Assembly: GCA_024403475.1 (NCBI GenBank)
Contig: JAKSRU010000001.1
Location: forward strand, 1-52,696
DNA: 52,696 bases
Source of the DNA: Lachnospiraceae bacterium
GTDB taxonomy: Bacteria > Bacillota > Clostridia > Lachnospirales > Lachnospiraceae
Direction of reading: 5' to 3'
Positions 1 through 9,440 of the stretch are shown one piece after another. The translations under genes and the position numbers were made by a program. Below the pieces are notes generated by a model that had not been told where the DNA came from, did not search any database, and worked only from the letters and a program-made list of their open reading frames with translations. The number at the start of each line of letters is the position of its first letter. Position 1 is the stretch's first letter.

Positions 1-131
1 TCTTACTTCTTTATCCATTGAAATTTCCTTACTAAATTTTATTCTGTTTTATAAATCAATTTATAAATAACAAAAAATAAATATTAATTAAAATTGTTGT
101 ATCAATTTATATCAATTATTATGTCAAAAAA

Positions 132-1142
132 CTATACCTTATGCTCATGTGAGAATAAATGATTCTGACAGTATTCATAAGCACCGTTACATTTACTGCA
201 GAATCTGAACTCAAGATTTGGATTATCCTGTTCACTCTGACCGCAAACAGCACACTTATGCTTGGTAATACCTGCTCCTCTCATACGTGCTCCGGGAGTT
301 TCAGGAGATCTCTGCGAATAGAAACTCTTATTCTGTGTGGTATTTCTGCTGTTTGCATAATTTGCCCCTGCATTATATTCTCTCTGGAATTTTGCTCTTC
401 TGGCTGCCTGTTTGGGATTAAACCTTTTAAGATTAATAAGCCAAAAAGCAAAAATATTAATAATTGCAGCAGTTACGGCACAGATAAGCATCAAACCATC
501 TATATAGCCATAGGCAAAATAGTAAATTCCTCTTCCTAAATCATATAAGAAATATACTCCATCGATTATGCCAAGCCATTTCATCTTAACCGGAATAAAG
601 AACATAAATCTAACCATTGCATCCGGAAAAGTCAAAGCGAATCCCAAGTAAATACTCATGTTAATATAGTAAGTACTAAAATAGAGCCATGTACTGCTAT
701 AACCATACGAATAAATCTTTATAAAGTTATCAAACGATATTGGCATTTGATGATTTATATAGAAATACAGTATAAAAGTTGCTGCAAATGCACTTAATAC
801 CGTCAAAAGGATACCACCAAATATGTATACATTATACTTAAAGGTACCCCAGGTTCTCTCAAGAACTGTACCAATAGAAAAACAGCAATACATCATCAAT
901 ACAAGAAATAGAATTCCCTGTATTCCGGCATAGCCGCGAGGCGGTATAATAACCCAACTGATGATTCTCCAAACCTGTCCTTGAAGAATTAACGTAGGAT
1001 CAAGTGTAAGAAAGCTTGTAAAATCAATACCTCTGACAGTACTGATAAGCTGAACAACATATCCGATAAAGTATCCGGCCATTAAATACAGCGTAAGATT
1101 TTTAATCGCATATTTTCCAATTTTATTTTCTAATTTACTCAT
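132..1142 (-). CDS. Polytopic membrane protein, rhomboid/Derlin-like, with C-terminal Cys/His (AN1-like) zinc finger
   Basis: About 6 hydrophobic segments; GQVWR motif resembling the rhomboid L1-loop WR; no GxSG catalytic motif; tail C-x2-C-x14-C-x2-C-x6-C-x2-H-x3-H-x-H. Confidence 0.7.
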   Translation of the reverse strand: MSKLENKIGKYAIKNLTLYLMAGYFIGYVVQLISTVRGIDFTSFLTLDPTLILQGQVWRIISWVIIPPRGYAGIQGILFLVLMMYCCFSIGTVLERTWGTFKYNVYIFGGILLTVLSAFAATFILYFYINHQMPISFDNFIKIYSYGYSSTWLYFSTYYINMSIYLGFALTFPDAMVRFMFFIPVKMKWLGIIDGVYFLYDLGRGIYYFAYGYIDGLMLICAVTAAIINIFAFWLINLKRFNPKQAARRAKFQREYNAGANYANSRNTTQNKSFYSQRSPETPGARMRGAGITKHKCAVCGQSEQDNPNLEFRFCSKCNGAYEYCQNHLFSHEHKV

Positions 1143-1287
1143 ATATATCTCACTTAATTATTATTTGTAAAAAAACCTAAAGTTCTACAAATAGTCATTC
1201 TAACATCTATATCATAATTCGTAAACTTACTAACCGTTTATTTAGAAAAAATTAAGCACTAAACATCTATATTTAGTATGTTTTCAT

Positions 1288-1317
1288 TTGCCAAATAATA
1301 CCCTTCTAAATTATAAT
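1288..1317 (+). promoter_or_regulatory. Putative sigma-A promoter of the activase gene
   Basis: TTGCCA-18 nt-TATAAT, followed by SD AGGAG before ATG 1361. Confidence 0.5.
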
Positions 1318-1360
1318 AGGAAAATGTATAACTATGAAATATAGTATTTAGGAGTAATTC

Positions 1361-4300
1361 ATGGAAGATAAATTAATTACTGCATCTTTAGGTATTGATA
1401 TAGGTTCAACAACCATAAAGATTGCAATACTTGATGAAAATAACACTATTCTTTTTTCAGATTACAGAAGACATTTTGCAAATATCAGAGAAACTCTTTC
1501 AGATTTATTGTCAGATGCTCTCAAAGTAACCGGCAATATGCTTCTGCATCCTATGATTACAGGCTCCGGCGGACTCACTCTCGCTAAGCATCTCGGCATC
1601 CCCTTTAACCAGGAGGTTATTGCTGTTTCCACTGCATTATCTACTTTTGCACCAAAAACTGATGTAGCCATAGAGCTTGGCGGTGAAGATGCAAAGATTA
1701 TATACTTCGAGGACGGTAATGTTGAGCAGCGTATGAACGGCATATGCGCAGGCGGTACGGGCTCATTTATAGACCAGATGGCTTCTCTTCTTCAGACAGA
1801 TGCTACCGGGCTTAATGAATACGCCAAGAATTATCAGTCTTTATATACCATCGCAGCAAGATGCGGTGTATTTGCAAAAACTGATATTCAGCCTCTTATC
1901 AATGAGGGTGCAACCAGTGAAGACCTTGCTGCTTCAATCTTCCAGGCAGTAGTAAACCAGACCATTTCGGGACTCGCATGCGGTAAACCTATCAGAGGAC
2001 ACATTGCATTTTTAGGCGGACCTCTTCACTTCCTCGACCAATTAAAAGCTGCCTTTATCCGTACACTTAAGCTCGATGACGAGCATATAATAGATACACC
2101 CAATTCGCACTTATTTGCTGCAATAGGTTCGGCACTTAATTCAGAAGAAAAAACTGCTTATACACTTGAAGAAATGGTAGAAAAATTAGCTTCTGACATC
2201 AAGATGGAGTTCGAGGTTCAGAGAATGGATCCTCTGTTTGAGAATCGCGAGGCATTTGCTTCCTTTGAAGCCCGTCATGCCAAGGCCGAGGTGGTTAAAT
2301 ATGATTTAGTAAACTATTCAGGTAACATATTTTTTGGTATAGATGCCGGTTCAACCACTACTAAGATTGCATTGGTAGGTGAAAAGGGTGAATTACTTTA
2401 TTCCTTCTATTCGAACAATAACGGTTCACCTCTTAAAACCGCTATAAGTGCTATTGAGGACATCAAGTCTAAGCTACCCGCCACTGCTAAAATTGTGCGT
2501 TCATGTTCTACCGGCTATGGTGAAGCGCTCCTCAAATCTGCCTTTTTGCTTGATGACGGTGAAGTAGAGACTATTGCTCATTACAAGGCAGCAGCCTTCT
2601 TTAATCCAAACGTAGACTGTATCCTTGACATCGGCGGCCAGGATATGAAATGCATCAAGATTAAAAATGGTGCCGTTGAATCAGTACAGTTAAATGAAGC
2701 CTGCTCATCAGGTTGCGGTTCATTTATTGAAACCTTTGCTAAATCTCTTAATTTCAGTGTTAAAGATTTCGCTAAAGAAGCTCTATTTGCGGAGCATCCC
2801 ATCGATCTCGGTACTCGTTGTACCGTATTTATGAATTCAAGAGTTAAGCAGGCCCAGAAGGAAGGTGCTTCCGTAGCAGATATCTCAGCAGGTCTTGCAT
2901 ACTCTGTTATTAAAAATGCTCTATTTAAGGTAATAAAGGTATCAAACGCTTCAGAGCTTGGTAAAAATATAGTTGTTCAGGGCGGTACCTTCTATAACAA
3001 CGCTGTACTCAGAGCCTTTGAAAAAACAGCAGGTTGTGAAGCAATCAGACCTGATATTGCAGGAATAATGGGTGCCTTTGGTTGTGCTCTTATTGCAAGA
3101 GAGCGATTTACTGAAGATTATCAGACCACTATGCTTTCACTTGACGACATCATCGCGCTTGAATATCAGACAAGCATGACAAGATGTAAAGGTTGTAACA
3201 ACAGCTGTCGTCTTACAATCAACAGATTCTCAGGTGGACGCCAGTTTGTTACCGGTAACCGTTGCGAACGCGGAATCGGTGGCAAAAAGAATCCTACAGG
3301 TGTACCCAATCTTGTAGAATACAAGCTTCAAAGAGTATTTGATTATACTCCTCTTCCCGAGAGTGAGGCTAAGCGTGGCACTGTCGGTATTCCCAGAGTA
3401 CTCAATATGTATGAGAATTATCCATTCTGGCATACCTTCTTTACCAAGCTCGGATACAGAGTAGTATTATCTCCCATCTCAACCAGAGCAACATACGAAA
3501 TGGGAATAGAATCAATTCCTTCCGAATCAATCTGTTATCCTGCAAAGCTTGCACATGGACATATCGCTTGGTTAATCAAGCAGAATGTAGATATGATTTT
3601 CTATCCTTCTGTATTTCTTGAAAGACTTGAGGATGAAACAAGCTTTAACAACTACAATTGTCCGGTTGTCGGTTCAAACAGTGAAAATATTAAAAATAAC
3701 GTTGAAGAAATCACTGCCGGTCAGGTTAAATACAGAAATCCATTCATGTCATTCAGAAGTGAGGAATCTATTGCACAGGTACTGGTAAGAGAATTCGCTT
3801 CTATTCCAAGTTCTGAAGTAAAGTCTGCTATTCATGAAGCATGGCTTGAGCTTGCCAAGGCAAGAAAGGATATGCAAAAAAAGGGCGAGGAAACCATCAA
3901 GTACCTCGAAGAAACCGGAAAACACGGTATCGTACTGGCCGGACGCCCTTATCATATAGATCCCGAAATTAATCACGGTATTCCTGAGTTAATCACTTCC
4001 TATGATATGGCCGTACTTACAGAGGATTCAATTTCGCATCTTGCCTCTCCCGACAGACCTCTTATCGTAGCTGATCAGTGGACCTATCATTCTAGACTAT
4101 ATGCAGCAGCAACCTATGTAAAAGGTACTGACAATCTTGATTTGATTCAGCTCAACTCATTTGGTTGCGGTCTTGATGCCGTAACAGTTGATCAGATGAA
4201 TGATATTCTTTCAGGCTCGGACAAGATTTACACCTGCCTGAAAATTGATGAGGTAAACAACCTCGGAGCTGCAAGAATCCGTATACGTTCATTAATATCA

Positions 4301-5599
4301 GCATTACAGGAAAGAGAACGTACCGGCAAGCATGCTACAAGACGCGACGGTTCATATCACAAGGTTGAGTTTACTAAGGAGATGAAGGATACCTATACCA
4401 TACTTTGTCCTCAGCTCTCTCCTGTTCACTTTGATATGTTCGGTACTGCATTCCAGGCTGTAGGCTTTAACTTCAAGGTACTTGGAAATGCTAATAAATC
4501 TGCAATAGATACAGGCCTCAAATATATAAACAATGATGCCTGCTATCCGTCAATTATGATGGCAGGACAGCTCATTCAGGCTCTTGAGTCAGGCGAATAC
4601 GATGTCAATAAAACTGCTATCATAATGAGCCAGACAGGCGGTTGCTGTCGTGCAACCAACTACATTGCCTTCATCAGACGTGCTCTTAAAAAAGCCGGCT
4701 TTGAGCAGGTACCTGTTATATCACTCAGCGCAGGTGGAATCGAACATCACGAAGGCTTTAAGATTGACAGTCACCTTCTCATCCGTATGGGTGTTGCATT
4801 TATATACGGCGATTTATTTATGAAGTGTATTTACAGAATGCGTCCCTACGAATTAGAAAAGGGAGCATGCGACAAGCTTCATGCGGAATGGCTTGAGAAA
4901 TGTCGTGCTATGATGATGAAGAAACACTTCAGTTGGTCTACCTTCAGAAAGTATTGCAGACAAATTGTTGAAGACTTTGACAATATTCCTATTGATGAAA
5001 ATCTCAAGAAACCCAGAGTTGGTATTGTCGGAGAGATTCTTATGAAGTTTGCTCCTTCAGGAAATAACTTCATGGTAGAACAATTAGAAAAGGAAGGTTG
5101 CGAGGCTGTTGTACCGGGATTTGTAGATTTCCTTGATTTCTTCCTCTATAACCGTATATACAAGACAGATAATTACGGAATGCCTATGAAGAAAAAGATA
5201 CTTGGTAAGTTAGGTATCTGGGCTGTAGACAACATTCTCAGAGGTTCAGGAGAAAAAGCACTCAAAAAGAGTAAACACTTTGAGCCTGCAACTAATATAT
5301 ATGAAATTGCCAAGCTTGCCAGCAAGATAGTAAGTCTCGGTAACCAGGCCGGTGAAGGATGGCTTCTGACAGGTGAAATGATGGAGCTTCTCCACAATGG
5401 TGTACCTAATCTCGTTGTAGTTCAGCCCTTTGGTTGTCTTCCCAACCACATTGTCGGTAAAGGACCCATCAAAGCTGTACGTAAAGCTAATCCCGGAAGT
5501 AACATCGTAGCCATCGATTTCGATCCCGGTGCATCTGAGGTTAACCAGCTCAACAGACTTAAGCTTATGCTGAGCAGTGCATTTAAGAAGCTTCAATAG
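1361..5599 (+). CDS. 2-hydroxyacyl-CoA dehydratase activase-related fusion protein (two BadF/BadG/BcrA/BcrD ATPase domains plus dehydratase-like C-terminal half)
   Basis: Two copies of the ASKHA motifs GID(I/A)GSTT and (E/D)xGGxD; Fe-S ligand motifs CAGGTG/CSSGCG and RCGVF/RCTVF; C-terminal NSFGCGLDA and QPFGCLPNH. Confidence 0.9.
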   Translation: MEDKLITASLGIDIGSTTIKIAILDENNTILFSDYRRHFANIRETLSDLLSDALKVTGNMLLHPMITGSGGLTLAKHLGIPFNQEVIAVSTALSTFAPKTDVAIELGGEDAKIIYFEDGNVEQRMNGICAGGTGSFIDQMASLLQTDATGLNEYAKNYQSLYTIAARCGVFAKTDIQPLINEGATSEDLAASIFQAVVNQTISGLACGKPIRGHIAFLGGPLHFLDQLKAAFIRTLKLDDEHIIDTPNSHLFAAIGSALNSEEKTAYTLEEMVEKLASDIKMEFEVQRMDPLFENREAFASFEARHAKAEVVKYDLVNYSGNIFFGIDAGSTTTKIALVGEKGELLYSFYSNNNGSPLKTAISAIEDIKSKLPATAKIVRSCSTGYGEALLKSAFLLDDGEVETIAHYKAAAFFNPNVDCILDIGGQDMKCIKIKNGAVESVQLNEACSSGCGSFIETFAKSLNFSVKDFAKEALFAEHPIDLGTRCTVFMNSRVKQAQKEGASVADISAGLAYSVIKNALFKVIKVSNASELGKNIVVQGGTFYNNAVLRAFEKTAGCEAIRPDIAGIMGAFGCALIARERFTEDYQTTMLSLDDIIALEYQTSMTRCKGCNNSCRLTINRFSGGRQFVTGNRCERGIGGKKNPTGVPNLVEYKLQRVFDYTPLPESEAKRGTVGIPRVLNMYENYPFWHTFFTKLGYRVVLSPISTRATYEMGIESIPSESICYPAKLAHGHIAWLIKQNVDMIFYPSVFLERLEDETSFNNYNCPVVGSNSENIKNNVEEITAGQVKYRNPFMSFRSEESIAQVLVREFASIPSSEVKSAIHEAWLELAKARKDMQKKGEETIKYLEETGKHGIVLAGRPYHIDPEINHGIPELITSYDMAVLTEDSISHLASPDRPLIVADQWTYHSRLYAAATYVKGTDNLDLIQLNSFGCGLDAVTVDQMNDILSGSDKIYTCLKIDEVNNLGAARIRIRSLISALQERERTGKHATRRDGSYHKVEFTKEMKDTYTILCPQLSPVHFDMFGTAFQAVGFNFKVLGNANKSAIDTGLKYINNDACYPSIMMAGQLIQALESGEYDVNKTAIIMSQTGGCCRATNYIAFIRRALKKAGFEQVPVISLSAGGIEHHEGFKIDSHLLIRMGVAFIYGDLFMKCIYRMRPYELEKGACDKLHAEWLEKCRAMMMKKHFSWSTFRKYCRQIVEDFDNIPIDENLKKPRVGIVGEILMKFAPSGNNFMVEQLEKEGCEAVVPGFVDFLDFFLYNRIYKTDNYGMPMKKKILGKLGIWAVDNILRGSGEKALKKSKHFEPATNIYEIAKLASKIVSLGNQAGEGWLLTGEMMELLHNGVPNLVVVQPFGCLPNHIVGKGPIKAVRKANPGSNIVAIDFDPGASEVNQLNRLKLMLSSAFKKLQ

Positions 5600-5614
5600 A
5601 AAAAACACTCAAAC

Positions 5615-5646
5615 AAAAAATGCTTCCCAAACGGGAAGCATTTTTA
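5615..5646. terminator. Bidirectional intrinsic terminator
   Basis: AAAAAATGCTTCCC-AAAC-GGGAAGCATTTTT between convergent genes. Confidence 0.9.
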
Positions 5647-5674
5647 TTAGCCATAACTTATTAAACAAATCAAT

Positions 5675-7384
5675 TTATTCGATTTCAGAAGCTCTCTTAA
5701 GGGCATCATCAATATGTGCACAGAAGTTCTCTTCACCAACCATCTTGGTAAATCCGCTCTTCTTCATAGTCTTCATAGGCTGCTCATTTACATGTGAGAA
5801 TACAATCTGTACATTGTTTTCCTTGCACTTCTCAACCAACTGCTCTAGAGAATGAAGTGCTGTTGCATCAAGCGCAGGCACCGCTCTCATTCTGATAATA
5901 AGAACCTTGGTAAAGTCCTTAATAGTAATATCAGTTATTCTGTCTGCAGCACCGAAGAACATAGGACCGCTAATTTCATATACACGAACATGCTTAGGTA
6001 CATTTTTAAGCTCAATACTGTCAGGATCAGTTTCAGGATCGTAATACTGCCAGCCCTTTACCGAAGACTCATCAGCCATTCTCTTCATGAGAAGTACACA
6101 AGCAAGAACCATACCTACTGCTATAGCTACAACAAGGTCAAATACAACAGTGAGTACAAAGGTAGTTACCAAAACAAGTATATCACTCTTAGGTGAGGTC
6201 TTTACCAGATGAGCAAAGGTCTTCCAGCCTGACATATTATATGCAACCTGGAAAAGAATTGCAGCTATTGTAGGCATAGGAATAAGTGCTGCATAGGGCA
6301 TCAAAAACATTAATACGATGAACAAAGTAATTGCATGAATGATACCTGCAATAGGTGTACGTCCACCGTTCTTGATATTGGCAGCAGTTCTTGCGATAGC
6401 ACCTGTTGCAGGAATACCACCAAACATAGCAGAACCCACATTACCAACACCCTGTGCAACAAGCTCCTGATTAGGTCTGTGATGAGAATTAATCATAGAG
6501 TCTGAAACTACACATGAAAGCAAAGACTCAATTGCTGCAAGTATAGCAATTGTAAATGCATCACCTACTACTGCTCTGATCTTAGCAAATGTAATTGTAG
6601 GGAATGACAGATCGGGAAGTCCCTTAAGCGCATCTGCGCCGCCCTCTGCAATATCAGCAATAGTCTTAACAGAATCCCAGTGAAGAAGCTTAATCATAGC
6701 TACACCTGCAACAACTGCAAGAAGTGATGCGGGCACCTTCTGACCAACCTTAGGAATCATAGGCCAGAACACAAGAATTGCAAGGCTTACGCAGCCTACA
6801 ATAAGTGCCTGATAGTTAAAGGTGCTGGAAAAAGTAAAGATATTCTTGACCTTATCAATTGTCTCAATATTCTCAGTTCCGGGAGCATAGCTAAGACCAA
6901 GAAAATCCTTAACCTGTCCGACGAAAAGAGTAATTGCAATACCGGCAGTAAATCCGGTAGTAATAGTATAAGGAATGAACTTTATAAGGCTGCCAAGTTT
7001 AAATACTCCCATCAAAACAAGAATAATACCGGCCATTATGGTTGCAATCTTAAGAGCTTCAAATCCCATTGCATAATTGAACTCTCCGTTTGCATCGATA
7101 CCATTCTTAGCCACAATACCGGCAACTATAGTTGCAAATGCAGCTGTGGGACCTGCAATCTGAACACGGCTACCACCAAGAAAAGAAATAAGAAATCCGG
7201 CAGCTACAGCAGTATAAATACCACATTGAGGCTGTACTCCCGATGCAATAGCAAGCGCGATTGACAATGGAAGTGCAATAATTGCAACGATAATTCCGGC
7301 AATCAAATCTTTTCCAAACTGACCGAAGCTATAATTCTTCATATTTGAAAACAGCATCGGCTTAAACTGATTCTTTTTGTTCAT
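5675..7384 (-). CDS. SulP/SLC26 family anion permease with STAS domain
   Basis: AGIIVAIIALPLSIALAIASG, QIAGPT, NQELVAQG, PATGAIART motifs; C-terminal STAS (GPMFFG, LDATAL). Confidence 0.93.
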   Translation of the reverse strand: MNKKNQFKPMLFSNMKNYSFGQFGKDLIAGIIVAIIALPLSIALAIASGVQPQCGIYTAVAAGFLISFLGGSRVQIAGPTAAFATIVAGIVAKNGIDANGEFNYAMGFEALKIATIMAGIILVLMGVFKLGSLIKFIPYTITTGFTAGIAITLFVGQVKDFLGLSYAPGTENIETIDKVKNIFTFSSTFNYQALIVGCVSLAILVFWPMIPKVGQKVPASLLAVVAGVAMIKLLHWDSVKTIADIAEGGADALKGLPDLSFPTITFAKIRAVVGDAFTIAILAAIESLLSCVVSDSMINSHHRPNQELVAQGVGNVGSAMFGGIPATGAIARTAANIKNGGRTPIAGIIHAITLFIVLMFLMPYAALIPMPTIAAILFQVAYNMSGWKTFAHLVKTSPKSDILVLVTTFVLTVVFDLVVAIAVGMVLACVLLMKRMADESSVKGWQYYDPETDPDSIELKNVPKHVRVYEISGPMFFGAADRITDITIKDFTKVLIIRMRAVPALDATALHSLEQLVEKCKENNVQIVFSHVNEQPMKTMKKSGFTKMVGEENFCAHIDDALKRASEIE

Positions 7385-7530
7385 CTCTTTTTCTCCGCAA
7401 AATCATAGATAATCTATATTTAGTATATTACGCAACTTAAAATTATATTCTTATAAGTTTTCTATTACAACTGAATAAATAAACAATCTATATACAAAGT
7501 AAACGACTTAATTATTAATATTTCATAAAA

Positions 7531-7573
7531 TAAAAACCTCATTCTGTCATCAACTGACAAAATAAGGTTTTTA
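7531..7573 (-). terminator. Imperfect hairpin, probable terminator after the metA/hypothetical gene pair
   Basis: TAAAAACCTCATTCTGTCA / TGACAAAATAAGGTTTTTA inverted repeat 12 nt past the stop at 7586. Confidence 0.6.
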
Positions 7574-7585
7574 AGTAATAATTTT

Positions 7586-8428
7586 CTAGAATACTTCAAG
7601 CTCTTCATAATACGGATCGCTATGATAAATCATTGAATATATTAATTCACCGGCCGCATTATATGAACGACATCTTTCACATCGTCCCCAGTCATAATAA
7701 GTATAATTATTTACATTATATTGCTGCAACTCACCCTCAGAATTATAAAAAGCCTCTACTGCAAAATCAGAAGTAGAGCTCAAAATAATATAACTGTAAT
7801 AATTGATTTCTCCCTTAATATATTCAACTTCAAGAATCACATCATCCTTGTAGCTTCTTATCATAATTCTGTCTTCATCAGGAAATTCCGAACGTACAGA
7901 CCACTGTTGAGAACAATACTCATTGGAATAACGATCATAAGCATCTCGCATTACCCAATAAAAATTACCGATTTCTGAAGAAGTATAATAGTCATACTCC
8001 GGGACTAAATCCATCGGAATATTCCAATCAACACTCATTGGAATCGAAAAATCAATTAATATCTCTGATTCAATTATAGGCGAATCATGATCATAAACAC
8101 CATCATACTCTGCATGCCCATGATCATATTCGAAAACTGCTGATGTGATACTGTTTGAGTTAATTGATGAATAATAATCATCATCTGAATCATTATCATC
8201 TGCATTATTATCATCAGATGATGCAGCTTCATCAAAATCATCTGATTTATTATGATTATCACTGGTATCAACCGAATTAATAATCTCGCCATCCGAAACC
8301 ATCTTTATAAGCTTCAACGGACTTATATAAACAAACAAAAAGACTGCTCCGACAATTACAGTAATTGACGCTAACACAATCAATACAACCACCAACGTCT
8401 TTTTACTCTTTTTATCCTGCAAATTCAT
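7586..8428 (-). CDS. Hypothetical membrane-anchored acidic protein
   Basis: Basic N-terminus plus one TM helix, Asp-rich linker, Tyr-rich C-terminal domain; SD AGGAGG. Confidence 0.7.
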   Translation of the reverse strand: MNLQDKKSKKTLVVVLIVLASITVIVGAVFLFVYISPLKLIKMVSDGEIINSVDTSDNHNKSDDFDEAASSDDNNADDNDSDDDYYSSINSNSITSAVFEYDHGHAEYDGVYDHDSPIIESEILIDFSIPMSVDWNIPMDLVPEYDYYTSSEIGNFYWVMRDAYDRYSNEYCSQQWSVRSEFPDEDRIMIRSYKDDVILEVEYIKGEINYYSYIILSSTSDFAVEAFYNSEGELQQYNVNNYTYYDWGRCERCRSYNAAGELIYSMIYHSDPYYEELEVF

Positions 8429-8451
8429 CCCCTCCTAAATTTACAGATTCA

Positions 8452-9360
8452 TCAACCAAGGTCATATGGAGTGAGCTGATATACGTAATAATTAAGCCAG
8501 TTAGAATAGAAATTATTACTGTGTGATCTCCAAGATAACAAAGGCTTCTTTTCCGGGTCATCGTCCGGGAAATAATTGTAAGGAACCTGAATATTCAATC
8601 CCTTATTCTTATCTCTTACATACTCATTTCTAAGTGTATATCTGTCATACTCCGGATGACCGGTAACAAATATTTTCTTACCGTTTTCAGCCAGTGCAAG
8701 AAATACTCCCGCATCTTCACTCTCAGCAACAATAGTAAGCTCCTTACAAGCATGAAGTTCAGCTGAAGGAGTTTCAGTATGTCTGCTGTGAGGTGCAAGA
8801 AACTCGTCATCAAAACCTCTGACAAGAGGAATCTTTCTGTTATTAACCTTATGATTATAGATTCCGAAAAGCTTCTGCGGCAGAAGGCTCTTATTAATAC
8901 CGTAATATTTATAAAAACCGGCCTGTGCTCCCCAGCATATATGAAGAGTCGATGTGACATTAGTTTCAGCCCAGTCCATAATACTGCAAACCTCTTCCCA
9001 ATAATCAACCTCTTCGAAAGTAATATCCTCAACAGGAGCTCCTGTAATAATAAGTCCGTCAAACTTCTGATCCTTAATATCATCAAAGGTTACATAGAAC
9101 TTATTAAGATGATTAGCAGGAGTATTGAGTGATACATGAGTCTTAGTATTCATAAATGTAACATCAACCTGTAAGGGAGTATTTGAAAGCGCTCTTAAAA
9201 GCTGAAGCTCTGTATCCTGCTTAACCGGCATGTTATTAAGAATAAGTACCTTCAAAGGTCTTATATCCTGATGCGCTGCACGGTTCTCATCCATTACAAA
9301 TATATTTTCATTTTCGAGTATTTCCTTTGCAGGAAGCTCACTCTGTACTTTAATTGGCAT
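8452..9360 (-). CDS. metA: Homoserine O-acyltransferase (MetA family, probably acetyltransferase)
   Basis: QDIRPL, ITGAPVE, ICWGAQA, PHSRH, GHPEY, WRSH motifs. Confidence 0.95.
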   Translation of the reverse strand: MPIKVQSELPAKEILENENIFVMDENRAAHQDIRPLKVLILNNMPVKQDTELQLLRALSNTPLQVDVTFMNTKTHVSLNTPANHLNKFYVTFDDIKDQKFDGLIITGAPVEDITFEEVDYWEEVCSIMDWAETNVTSTLHICWGAQAGFYKYYGINKSLLPQKLFGIYNHKVNNRKIPLVRGFDDEFLAPHSRHTETPSAELHACKELTIVAESEDAGVFLALAENGKKIFVTGHPEYDRYTLRNEYVRDKNKGLNIQVPYNYFPDDDPEKKPLLSWRSHSNNFYSNWLNYYVYQLTPYDLG

Positions 9361-9440
9361 TATTCTACCTCTTATAAATATGATAATTACTTAAATATAA
9401 TGCTTTTCACAATATATTTCAAATAACACAATGAAAAATA

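Noticed and set aside
1265-1279. 15-mer ATCTATATTTAGTAT repeated at 7412-7426 upstream of sulP
   Set aside because: Very AT-rich and non-palindromic; a chance match is plausible in these intergenic regions
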